Under the pieces are notes generated by a model, which saw nothing but the letters and a program-made list of their open reading frames with translations, had not been told where the DNA came from and did not search any database. The position numbers and the translations under genes were made by a program. DNA of 64,000 bases from Candidatus Iainarchaeum sp. Its GTDB lineage: Archaea; Iainarchaeota; Iainarchaeia; Iainarchaeales; GCA-2688035. Location: the NCBI GenBank assembly GCA_017610205.1, contig JAFCCL010000005.1, positions 30,106 through 94,105 of the forward strand, read 5' to 3'. Shown in pieces: positions 9,393-18,671 of the stretch; within the stretch, counting starts at the first letter, position 1, and every line of letters begins with the position of its first letter.

Positions 9393-12300
9393 TTATTTTC
9401 CCCTGTATACAAATTCGCTTGTTTTTTTCTTAACCTCTTCCATTCCCCTTACTCCTTCTTTGCATATTCTTTCAAGGAAAACCTGTCTTTGATTCAAATT
9501 ATCTTTAACTGCCTGCCTGCTTAATCCTGTAAAGTCTTGCAGTATTTTCAGAAACTTTATTGGAATATCTGTTTTTTCAAGCTTGTCTTTAACCGGGTCT
9601 CTTGCAAAAATTGTTTGGGTTTGCGCATGCTTTAAGAGAACGCCGCTTAATTCTGCAATTTCTGTAATTCTTCTTATTGTTCCTTTTCTTTTGTCGTGAA
9701 TTTTGTGTTCAATAATTATAATGTCAAGACCTGAGAGCATTACCTCCGGAACGTTCATTGGCGGTGAGGTTACTCTAACAATTGTTTCCTGTGGAGAATT
9801 TGCATGGATTGTTCCCAAACAGTTTGAAACAATTATTCCGTTTGCGATATAATTATGGTTTCCTTCTACTGTTAAATCATAAACATCGCCTTCAAATTCT
9901 TCTTCTTTAATTGAAACAATTTCTTCAAATCTTGTATCTGATTGTTCCATAATTTTTAACTGTTTTGAAGTTTCGTTTTGCAGCAAATCGCATATTTTTG
10001 CAAGCTGTTTTCTTGAAGGTCTCCTGGCACTTGTTTCATATGACCTGATATTGCTGCCTGTTGTTGCTCCAAGCAAGGCTCCCAATTCATCCTGTGTAAA
10101 TCCTGCTTCAAGCCTTGCATTTTTGAGTGTTCTTTCCATATTTGGAAACAAATCAAGGCTGTTTTTTGATTTTTTGACAAGTACTTCTAATTTTTCTTTT
10201 TTCTTTTTGTGTACAAATCCGATTTTTTCTTCAAACTTTTCAAGATTGTCTTTTCCATAGATTGATATTCTATAATAGGGTCTAATGTTTCCTTTACCGT
10301 CTTTTTCCTGGGCATATGTTGACGAGGTTATACCAAATCTCATCAAAATTATTGGAAGTTTTCTTGCAAGGTCTTTGTTTGCTGTGCTGAACTGGATGCA
10401 GTTTGCAAACAGGTTTACGTGGGCTTCACAGTCATATAATCCTTGTAAAAGCAAGGCTATTCCGCTGTCTTTTGCCGTAAGTGTTTTTTCAGTCATTTTG
10501 AAGATTTTTGTTTTGTTTCCAATTGGCATTTCATATTCTTTATTTATTTTTTTAATCAGTTTTTTATCGCAAATCTGCACTCTTGAAAATCCCTCATAAT
10601 CAAATCTGCTTATTTTGTTTTCAGTCAATGGCAAAATTTCTTCTTTAAATTTTTTGATTAATGATTCTTCTTTGTTGACAAATTGAATTGCTTCTATGCC
10701 AAGGTGTCCATCGCCATAAATCAAACCTGTGAGATAGGGCTGTAGTAGCTTTTTTTCAGCTTCAATTTCTATTCCTGTTGGAATAGCAATAAAATTTCCT
10801 GTTTTTGCCTCGCATGCATTGATTTCCTGCAATCCATTACTGATTTTGTAAATCGGGTGGTCTTTTGTAAGTAAAAGTTCTTTTCCGCTCTTAAGCCTGA
10901 TTTTACACAACTTTTCTTTTGTGCGTTTTCTCCAGACATGTGTTACTTTTTTGTTTTCAATTTTTAGGGTTTGTTTGTTTAACGATGGCACCATAATTTT
11001 TTTGCCTGTTTCAACAAATTCAAAGTTACCTTCTTTCACAGGGTCTTTTTCTTCAAATTCTTTTTCTACAAGGTTTGCTATTTCGGAAATATTTCCATCG
11101 GAAAGTTGTATTAATGTGTTTCCAATTACCGCTCCATCGTGACCTGTATTTAGTGCTGTAAATAATGTGAATGCTTCATCGTGCCTTACTTCTCCGACAA
11201 TTATTCTGTCTGGCCTCATTCTCAAACTGTTTTTTGTCAAAACGTCAAGTGTTAATTCGCCTTTTCCTTCAAGTCCTGGTGGCCTTGCTTCCAGTCTTAC
11301 CCAATGCTTTAACGGCAAAGCAAGTTCTGCAGTGTCTTCTATTGTAACAATTCTTTCAGTATCCGGAATGAATGCTGCAAGGCAGTTTAATGTTGTTGTT
11401 TTTCCTGACCCAGTTCCTCCTGATATCAGGATGTTTGCCGGTTTTGCTCCAAGTCCGTCAACGCACAACCATAGGAAGGCTGCTGCTTCTGCTGAAATTG
11501 TTCCGTTTTTTATAAGGTCTACTATAGTGTAAGGGTCTTTTCTAAATTTTCTGATTGTAAGAGTTGCGCCTTCAACAGAGGCTGGTGGAATTGTTGCATT
11601 TACTCTGCTTCCATCAGGCATTCTTGCATCAAGCAATGGCGAGCTTATGTCAACACGTCTTCCGACATTTCTTGCAATTCTGTTAATCAAATCAATTATT
11701 TCTTTGTCTGAATAAAATTCAATATTGCTTGACATCATTTCATATTTTCTGTGAAAAAGGTAAACTGGTTTTTTTGCTCCAATAACCATAATTTCTTCAA
11801 GGTTGTCGTCTACTACAAGTGGGTCTATAATTCCGTAGCCAACCATTTCTCTTATAACTGATTCTGCATAAAATGGAAACCTTCTTTCAGGAATGTGGAG
11901 TTCCGGGCTGTTTCTTAGAATTTCAAGAACACGCTGTCTGTAAACATTTCTTCGCTGTTCAATATCCCGTACTTTGTATGGGGTGATTGCAATTAGTCTT
12001 GTGGCAGCCTCTTTTATTGTGTTGATTACTGCTTTTTCCTGCTTGGTTGGTCTTGCCACTGGCACAACATAGTATGGCAGTGATTTTCCTGGCACACTGT
12101 AAATTTTTACGTTTGAATATTTTTCAATAAGTTTTTTTTCAGGTGCTGTTTCAAGTTCTTTTTCAACTGTACTTTTCTTTTTTTCGTCAGTTTCTTCAAC
12201 AATTTCTTCTTCTGGAGGAAGTTCTGGAACTTTTTCCCGAATCGGTTTTGCTTCAGGTTCTGTTTTTACAATCGGTTTTGTTGCAGGTTCTGTAGCAGGT

Positions 12301-12476
12301 TCTGTTTTTGGCTTTGTTTCCGGTTTTGGAACGTGGCCTTTCTTTATTTGTTCAATTTCTTTTGGAACTTTTGCTCCCTGCTCTGCCTTTTTTGGGGCTT
12401 TTTCAGTTTCCAGTTCTTCTTTTTTAGCCAGCTTTACCTTTTTTATAAGGTCTGCCAAATAGTCTTCTTCTGCCAT
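9393..12476 (-). CDS. pilus assembly ATPase (CpaF/TadA/KlbA family) with intein
   Basis: GGTGSGKTT, IEDTAEL, LRMRPDRIIVGEVR and NTGHDG...GTIHANS motifs, the last split by an insertion; P/T/E/K-rich N-terminus. Confidence 0.93.
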   Translation of the reverse strand: MAEEDYLADLIKKVKLAKKEELETEKAPKKAEQGAKVPKEIEQIKKGHVPKPETKPKTEPATEPATKPIVKTEPEAKPIREKVPELPPEEEIVEETDEKKKSTVEKELETAPEKKLIEKYSNVKIYSVPGKSLPYYVVPVARPTKQEKAVINTIKEAATRLIAITPYKVRDIEQRRNVYRQRVLEILRNSPELHIPERRFPFYAESVIREMVGYGIIDPLVVDDNLEEIMVIGAKKPVYLFHRKYEMMSSNIEFYSDKEIIDLINRIARNVGRRVDISSPLLDARMPDGSRVNATIPPASVEGATLTIRKFRKDPYTIVDLIKNGTISAEAAAFLWLCVDGLGAKPANILISGGTGSGKTTTLNCLAAFIPDTERIVTIEDTAELALPLKHWVRLEARPPGLEGKGELTLDVLTKNSLRMRPDRIIVGEVRHDEAFTLFTALNTGHDGAVIGNTLIQLSDGNISEIANLVEKEFEEKDPVKEGNFEFVETGKKIMVPSLNKQTLKIENKKVTHVWRKRTKEKLCKIRLKSGKELLLTKDHPIYKISNGLQEINACEAKTGNFIAIPTGIEIEAEKKLLQPYLTGLIYGDGHLGIEAIQFVNKEESLIKKFKEEILPLTENKISRFDYEGFSRVQICDKKLIKKINKEYEMPIGNKTKIFKMTEKTLTAKDSGIALLLQGLYDCEAHVNLFANCIQFSTANKDLARKLPIILMRFGITSSTYAQEKDGKGNIRPYYRISIYGKDNLEKFEEKIGFVHKKKKEKLEVLVKKSKNSLDLFPNMERTLKNARLEAGFTQDELGALLGATTGSNIRSYETSARRPSRKQLAKICDLLQNETSKQLKIMEQSDTRFEEIVSIKEEEFEGDVYDLTVEGNHNYIANGIIVSNCLGTIHANSPQETIVRVTSPPMNVPEVMLSGLDIIIIEHKIHDKRKGTIRRITEIAELSGVLLKHAQTQTIFARDPVKDKLEKTDIPIKFLKILQDFTGLSRQAVKDNLNQRQVFLERICKEGVRGMEEVKKKTSEFVYRGK
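9822..11132 (-). mobile_element. KlbA-type (Ala1) intein, 437 aa, with LAGLIDADG endonuclease and XRE-like HTH
   Basis: GHDG|AVIGNT...TKDHP...GLIYGDG...GLYDCEA...VYDLTVEGNHNYIANGIIVSN|C. Confidence 0.92.
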
Positions 12477-12536
12477 ACCATTAACAAAAAGACATTCTAT
12501 TATATAAACTTTAATAGTGACCTTGTTTTGCTGTGG

Positions 12537-14261
12537 CTATTTTCTTTCCTTTATTTCTTCATACATTTTTTTTGTAAATTTGTCTGTTTTTATTTCGCCT
12601 GTTACCTTTCCATTTCTGGTCCTTACAGTAACAGTTCCGTCTTTTTGTTCCCTGTCTCCTGCAACCAAAATATAGGGTATTTTTTTCAGTTGTGCGTCTC
12701 TTACTTTTGCTGAAACGCTTTCCTGCCTTGAATCAACCAAAACCCTAAGTCCTTTTTCTTCCAGTTCTTTTTTTACTTTTTCAGCATATTTTACATGTCT
12801 GTCGGCAATTGGAATTAAGGAAACCTGTGTTGGAGCAAGCCAAAGCGGGAATGCTCCGCCATAATGTTCAATCAATATTCCAAAAAATCTTTCAAGCGAA
12901 CCATAAATAACCCTGTGAAGCATTACCGGCCTGTGTTGTTTGTCGTCTTTTCCAACATAGCTTAAGTCGAATTTTTCAGGCATGCTGAAGTCAAGTTGGA
13001 TTGTGGCACACTGCCATGTTCTTCCCAAACTGTCCTTTATGTGAAAATCAATCTTTGGACCGTAGAATGCACCGTCTCCATAGTTTATTTTAAACTTCAT
13101 TTTCTTTTTTTGCAATGCTTTTTGCAATGAATTTTCTGCAACCTCCCACATTTTTTTGCTTCCCATTGCGTTTGCAGGCTTTGTACTTAATTCCACATGG
13201 TAACTAAATCCAAACACTTTGTAAAACCTGTCAATCAGGTCAATGATGTTTATTATCTCCTGTTCTAGCTGCTCTTCTGTACAGTAGATATGAGCATCAT
13301 CTTGCGTAAACTTCCTTACCCTAAACAGCCCGTTAAGCACTCCGCTTAGCTCATGCCTGTGCACTGTGCCAAGCTCTGCCACCCTCATCGGAAGTTCCCT
13401 GTAACTTCTCCTTTTTGTTTTGTAAACAAGCATTCCTCCTGGGCAGTTCATTGGCTTTACTGCAAATTCTTCTCCGTCAATTTGCGTAAAGTACATGTTT
13501 TCCTTGTAGTGATCCCAGTGGCCTGATTGTTCCCAAAGCTCTTTCTTCAAAATCATTGGCGTACTAATTTCTTGATAGTCTGCCTTCAAATGCTCTTCTC
13601 TCCAAAATTTAACCAATTCATTTAACACAACCATTCCCTTTGAGTGAATGAAGGCAGTGCCTGGAGCCTCTGCATGCATGCTAAACAAGTCCAAAGCCTT
13701 TCCAAGCTTTAAGTGGTTTCTTTTCTCTGCCTCTTCCTTCAAGTGCAGCCATTGCCTCAGCATTTTTTTGTCAGGAAAGCTTATGCCGTAAATCCTTTGA
13801 AGCATTTTGTTTTTTTCGCTTCCTTTCCAGTATGCCCCTGAAACGCGCAAAAGCTTTACTGCTCCTATCTTCCCTGTGCTTTCAATGTGCGGGCCTTTGC
13901 ACAAATCGGCAAATTTTCCGCTTGTGTAAGTTGAAACTTTCTTTCCTGGCAATTCTTTAATGAGTTCAATTTTGTATGGCTCGCTTTTGAACTGCTTTAA
14001 TGCCTCTGCCTTTTCAATGTCTTTTTTTACAAACTTTTTGTTTGCTTTAATTATTTCAAGCATTTTTTTTTCTATTTTTTTCAAATTCTCTGGCTTGAAT
14101 GGCTTGGTGTCAAAATCGTAATAAAAGCCGTTTTCAATTGCAGGCCCAATCCCAAGCTTGGCTTTTGGATAAAGCTCTTTTACTGCCTCGGCCAAAACAT
14201 GGCTTGTGCTGTGCCAGAAGCGTTTTCTGTCATCTGCCTTTTTCCAGTCAACTTTTGCCAT
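12537..14261 (-). CDS. thrS: threonine--tRNA ligase, bacterial type
   Basis: HSTSH, DLCKGPH, KPMNCP, GLFRVRKFTQDDAH and GAFYGPKID motifs; start re-assigned to MAKVDW. Confidence 0.97.
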   Translation of the reverse strand: MAKVDWKKADDRKRFWHSTSHVLAEAVKELYPKAKLGIGPAIENGFYYDFDTKPFKPENLKKIEKKMLEIIKANKKFVKKDIEKAEALKQFKSEPYKIELIKELPGKKVSTYTSGKFADLCKGPHIESTGKIGAVKLLRVSGAYWKGSEKNKMLQRIYGISFPDKKMLRQWLHLKEEAEKRNHLKLGKALDLFSMHAEAPGTAFIHSKGMVVLNELVKFWREEHLKADYQEISTPMILKKELWEQSGHWDHYKENMYFTQIDGEEFAVKPMNCPGGMLVYKTKRRSYRELPMRVAELGTVHRHELSGVLNGLFRVRKFTQDDAHIYCTEEQLEQEIINIIDLIDRFYKVFGFSYHVELSTKPANAMGSKKMWEVAENSLQKALQKKKMKFKINYGDGAFYGPKIDFHIKDSLGRTWQCATIQLDFSMPEKFDLSYVGKDDKQHRPVMLHRVIYGSLERFFGILIEHYGGAFPLWLAPTQVSLIPIADRHVKYAEKVKKELEEKGLRVLVDSRQESVSAKVRDAQLKKIPYILVAGDREQKDGTVTVRTRNGKVTGEIKTDKFTKKMYEEIKERK

Positions 14262-14364
14262 ATTCAAAAATAAGCCCCTAACCTTATTTAAAATTGTGGT
14301 AATTTGCCTTTGCAGCCTTATTTCCACAGATACAATAAAATACTACTTCATCGGCATTTATAGT

Positions 14365-15153
14365 ATGGCAAGATTCCGTAAAAGAAAAACCCCTGCTCTT
14401 TTGCTTGAAAGAAGGGCAGCTGGAAGAGATGACATAAGGGAAAGAAATTGGAGCGAAAACCCTTTGGGAGAAGCCTTTACCAAAGAACAACTACATGAGA
14501 AAACAAAACGCCTTAAGTTCTATGAGTCTATGGAGGAAGCAGGCAACCCAAAGCAGTACAGGCAGCACAAGATACTTCAGGGAAGGATAGCGCGTTTTAT
14601 TAAAGCAAGGCCAAGTAGGCACTTGGGTATGGAAATTGTAAAAGGCCAAAAGCACGGCTATTACTACGTTAAAATAAAGAGTATTTCAACAGACCAGCCA
14701 ATATTTATCAGGCTAGATAGGCCACACTTTAAGGAAGCGGTCAGCTTCCTGGAAAAAGGAAAGTCTACTGGAGAAATCCCTGAAATTTTGCGTGAAAGAA
14801 GACCGATTCGTGAAATGGATGACGTAACAAAAAGAGATTGGAGCAAAAACCGCTTGGGAAAAGTCTTTACCAAAGAACCAAAGAACCTAAAATTGTGTAG
14901 GTTTTATGCAACTCAAGAACAATTAGGTAATCCAGAGCTGTACAAGCAGCACAAACTGTTTGAGAAAAAAATAAGGTATTTAATTAGCGCCAGGCCAATT
15001 AGGGATAGCAGCATGACCATTCTGAAAGGCCGGTTTGGCAAATACTATGTTCGAATAAGCAGCAATCGAACAGACAGCTCTATATTAATCAGAATAGACG
15101 AGCCAGTCTTTAAAAAGGCAGTCAAGTTCCTGGAAAAAAGTGGAAAAGCCTAG
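14365..15153 (+). CDS. hypothetical basic protein with two tandem ~120-aa repeats
   Basis: start MARFRKRK; internal repeat (WSENPLGEAFTKE / WSKNRLGKVFTKE). Confidence 0.7.
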   Translation: MARFRKRKTPALLLERRAAGRDDIRERNWSENPLGEAFTKEQLHEKTKRLKFYESMEEAGNPKQYRQHKILQGRIARFIKARPSRHLGMEIVKGQKHGYYYVKIKSISTDQPIFIRLDRPHFKEAVSFLEKGKSTGEIPEILRERRPIREMDDVTKRDWSKNRLGKVFTKEPKNLKLCRFYATQEQLGNPELYKQHKLFEKKIRYLISARPIRDSSMTILKGRFGKYYVRISSNRTDSSILIRIDEPVFKKAVKFLEKSGKA

Positions 15154-16019
15154 GCGCCTTCCCTGTAAATTTTAACAATCATTACAACTGAAGCAAGTTC
15201 AATCCAGATTCCTAAAACAATCCCAATTATTGCTGTTGGGTCAACCATTTGTACCATTACAACAAGGCCGCCAACAATTCCCATTAAGAGCAGTGCTCCA
15301 AAATTTCTTAAATAATTTGCTTTTCCTGCTTCGTATCCTTTTCTAACACTTTCCAAAGCTGGTTTTTTTCCAAACACTGCTGTTGGAAACCATAGGAAAA
15401 CTAGTGGGTTTACAAAAAGCATTATTGTTGCCATAACCGAAAATGCCAAACCAAGTACAACAAATACAGGTATTAGCCCATTAATTAATACTTCTGTAGA
15501 GTTTGATGCAAGTGCATTTGTAACAATATCCACTGGCAGTATATTTGTGCCAATTATGAATGACATTGCCGGAACTATTATCAAAAGCATTATGATTGCA
15601 CTTACAAGCATTTCAAGCAGGGAAACGCCAACAAGCGTTTGCCATTTTCCAAAAGCAAATCTTAAGTTTTCTTCAATTGAAACCTTTTTTTCTTTAATGT
15701 ATTGGCCAAGGCTTTTGTAATAAAAACCGTTGATAATTGACAATGCCACAACAAACAATACAAGTAATACAAACACCCCAATTACTACGACTGCAATTAA
15801 CGGCGCAATAGTTCCTATTGCGGCAAATCCTGCGCCTATTACAATAAATGGCAGTGAAACAATTCCAATTGCAATCATTGCAATTATTCCAAAAACAATT
15901 GCCATTAGCGGAACTACAAAAATGTTCAAGTCAAAGGTTGTTTTGATTGACTCTGAAAAAAGCTCTACTGCTCCGGCTGTTTTTTTCACAGCTTTTTTCG
16001 CAGTCTTTTTCCTTGGCAT
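15150..16019 (-). CDS. polytopic membrane protein (DUF7847/GDPD membrane domain-like)
   Basis: multiple TM helices; ALESVRKGY pattern. Confidence 0.7.
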   Translation of the reverse strand: MPRKKTAKKAVKKTAGAVELFSESIKTTFDLNIFVVPLMAIVFGIIAMIAIGIVSLPFIVIGAGFAAIGTIAPLIAVVVIGVFVLLVLFVVALSIINGFYYKSLGQYIKEKKVSIEENLRFAFGKWQTLVGVSLLEMLVSAIIMLLIIVPAMSFIIGTNILPVDIVTNALASNSTEVLINGLIPVFVVLGLAFSVMATIMLFVNPLVFLWFPTAVFGKKPALESVRKGYEAGKANYLRNFGALLLMGIVGGLVVMVQMVDPTAIIGIVLGIWIELASVVMIVKIYREGA

Positions 16020-16128
16020 AATGCATTATTACCGTGTTTCCTGAATAAATAACTTTCCATTCACCGGAAACCTGCTCACTGCTTACTATTTTAATTCATT
16101 AATTAAAGAAATAATATAGTGGTAAAGA

Positions 16129-17358
16129 TTGATTTCGCCAAAGCTTTGTATACGCTGCAAGGGCAAGCTTTTATGCGGGCTAAGCTATTGTCCAATTCTT
16201 AAAAAGAACAGTGCAAGACACAAGTCTGTTTCAAACATTAAGGGAAACGAATTTGTTGGAAGCAGTCCTCCCTCGCTTTTTGTTTCCTGGACAAACTATC
16301 CAAAAGTACAAATTGCGCCACTAAGCCCAACTGAAGTGTTTGACACTGCCAAATTTGACATTCCAGAGCAATGGTTTGGATTGCCTTCTGAGGAAATAAT
16401 TTCTTTCAGGGAACAGCTTTTGCGCGGCAACAAGCCAATTGACATTAAAGCCGCTGCAAATCCTTCCTACGAGCTTGTTGAAATGCAGGAGCTTGCAATG
16501 TCAACAAAGCCAACAGCTATTGATGTAAAGCTTAAGTCAACTCCAAAATCCAGTGTTTCGTTTAGTGAAAGGGTTGCCCCAATGGGGCCAAGTGCTCCAT
16601 TGCTCAAAATGAAGCTTGATGAAAATCCAAGCATCCCAAAAAAGATTGATTACGCTGTTTCAGATACAGACCTCAAATCAACAGATGCAGTAATTTCCCT
16701 GTACAATTCGGGTTTTCACATCAGCCGCCTCCACAAGCTTTTAAGTGCAGGAACTCTGGGCATTGGAAAAAACAGAAAGTTTGTGCCTACAAGATATTCA
16801 ATAACTGCTGTCGATTCAAATGTTTCAAAAAATCTGATTGAAGAAAAGGTAAAGTACTTTCAGCAAATTGGAGAATTTCAGTTATTCCATTCAAATTATC
16901 TGGACAACGATTTTTGGATTCTTCTCATTCCTAGCTCTTGGGCGTTTGAGCAATTGGAGTCCTGGTTTCCTGGAAGCGATTGGGCTGGCGATGCAAAGGA
17001 ACCAATCATTGCCCAAGACCATGAGTTCTATGGCGGAAGAAAAACCTACGCTTCAAATATTACTGGAGCGTACTATTCTGCAAGGCTTGCTGTTGCAGAA
17101 TTTTTAAGTATAAAGAAAAGGCAGGCAGCAGCAATCGTCTTCAGAGAAATTGGAGCAGGATATGCCATGCCGTTAGGCGTCTGGCAGACGCGAGAGAATT
17201 CCAGAAATGCTTTAAGGCAAAAGCCACTAACTTTTTCAAGTCTTGAGTTGGCTCTTGCATTTCTTTCAAGAAAACTCAAGATTCCAATGGTTAAGTATAA
17301 GCAGGAAAGTAAGTTGTTGGATTTCTTGCAACACCAAAAGAGGCTTTTTGACTTCTAA
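16129..17358 (+). CDS. nreA: DNA repair protein NreA
   Basis: CIRCKG-LLCGLSYCP, GSSPPS, VPTRYSITAVD, GVWQTRE; C-terminal PIP box QKRLFDF. Confidence 0.92.
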   Translation: MISPKLCIRCKGKLLCGLSYCPILKKNSARHKSVSNIKGNEFVGSSPPSLFVSWTNYPKVQIAPLSPTEVFDTAKFDIPEQWFGLPSEEIISFREQLLRGNKPIDIKAAANPSYELVEMQELAMSTKPTAIDVKLKSTPKSSVSFSERVAPMGPSAPLLKMKLDENPSIPKKIDYAVSDTDLKSTDAVISLYNSGFHISRLHKLLSAGTLGIGKNRKFVPTRYSITAVDSNVSKNLIEEKVKYFQQIGEFQLFHSNYLDNDFWILLIPSSWAFEQLESWFPGSDWAGDAKEPIIAQDHEFYGGRKTYASNITGAYYSARLAVAEFLSIKKRQAAAIVFREIGAGYAMPLGVWQTRENSRNALRQKPLTFSSLELALAFLSRKLKIPMVKYKQESKLLDFLQHQKRLFDF

Positions 17359-17394
17359 GATTTGCTTTTAAACAATTCTGAACACATTTTTATC

Positions 17395-18153
17395 ATGCAG
17401 GAAAAGCTTTCATTCAAAAACAGCAAGGGAGACAAGCTTTCAGCTGTTCTCTCTAATCCAAGTGGCAACAAGGAAAACCTGATTGTTGTTATGTGCCATG
17501 GCTTTGATTCAAGCAAGGAAAGTCAAACCTACTTTAAACTTGAAAAGGCTTTGAATAAGAAAAGAATTGCTTCCTTTCGCTTTGACTTCTTTGGACATGG
17601 TGAAAGTGAGGGCAAGTTTGAGGACATTACGATTTCAGAAGCTGTTGATGATACAATACAGGCAATCTCTTTTCTGAGGCAGCATGGTTTCAAAAAAATT
17701 GCATTGTTTGGCTCAAGCTTTGGCGGCATGGCTGCACTACTTGCTGCTTCCAAGCTGCCTGATTTGAATTGCCTTGTCTTAAAGTCCCCTGTCTCAGACT
17801 ACCTTGGAAAAATTTCTGCAAAAGAAGATAAAGTGGATGTTGAGCAGTGGAAGAAGGATGGTTTTATCTGGCACGAGACCAAAAGAGGCAAACTAAGGCT
17901 GAATTACTCTTTTTTTGAGGACGCGGAAAAGTTTAGCGGCTTTGAGGCTGCAGAGAAAATCAATGTTCCAACACTAATTGTTCACGGTTCATGGGATAAG
18001 GTTGTGCCAGTTGAACAATCAAAGAAAACTGCTTTCCTTATTCCAAATTGCAGGCTTGAAATAGTTGAGGGGGCAAACCACAAGTATTCAAACCCAGAGG
18101 AATTTGAGAAAATGCTAAAACTTGTTTCAGAATTTGTTGAAGGGAATTCCTAA
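17395..18153 (+). CDS. alpha/beta hydrolase
   Basis: HGF, GHGES, GSSFGG nucleophile elbow, D and H catalytic residues. Confidence 0.9.
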   Translation: MQEKLSFKNSKGDKLSAVLSNPSGNKENLIVVMCHGFDSSKESQTYFKLEKALNKKRIASFRFDFFGHGESEGKFEDITISEAVDDTIQAISFLRQHGFKKIALFGSSFGGMAALLAASKLPDLNCLVLKSPVSDYLGKISAKEDKVDVEQWKKDGFIWHETKRGKLRLNYSFFEDAEKFSGFEAAEKINVPTLIVHGSWDKVVPVEQSKKTAFLIPNCRLEIVEGANHKYSNPEEFEKMLKLVSEFVEGNS

Positions 18154-18671
18154 ATTTTTTTTCCCGTTGGTCCATATCTTTCAATTGCTTCCCTGGTATC
18201 TCGCCATTTCAAATAGTCTGCTCTTGTCAGGTTTTTGGCATATTCCTTGCTAAATATGGTACTCTGCATTATAAACCAGGTTTCAATTATTGACATCTCT
18301 TTTCTAAGTTCACGATTCTGCTGTTTAACTGCTTTTAAATGGCCGCCCATAGGAAATTTTGGGTCATAGTTTTTCCACTCAACTAATTCGTGTCTTGCAA
18401 CATCTTGTCTTCCTGCTTTACTTAACAAATCGGATACCAGGATTAATGGCTGGTTTAAATCAAGTACATATGTAGACCCTCTTTTTCTAACAAGTTCTTC
18501 ATTGGAAAGCTTATAGGGAATATTTTCTGGCAAGTATTCAACTCTTTCACTTTTACGCCATATTTCAAATATTTGCTTGGTTTTCCAATCAAGTCTTTTA
18601 GCTTTTTTTAAAATAAGCGGTGTTAAAAGTTCGCCCGGTGTTTTCTGTTTTGTTCGAGCTTTTCGCCTCAT
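18150..18671 (-). CDS. hypothetical protein with basic N-terminus and HExxE..H motif
   Basis: ATGA-coupled to rfcS; RHELVEW...GHLKAV. Confidence 0.6.
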   Translation of the reverse strand: MRRKARTKQKTPGELLTPLILKKAKRLDWKTKQIFEIWRKSERVEYLPENIPYKLSNEELVRKRGSTYVLDLNQPLILVSDLLSKAGRQDVARHELVEWKNYDPKFPMGGHLKAVKQQNRELRKEMSIIETWFIMQSTIFSKEYAKNLTRADYLKWRDTREAIERYGPTGKKI

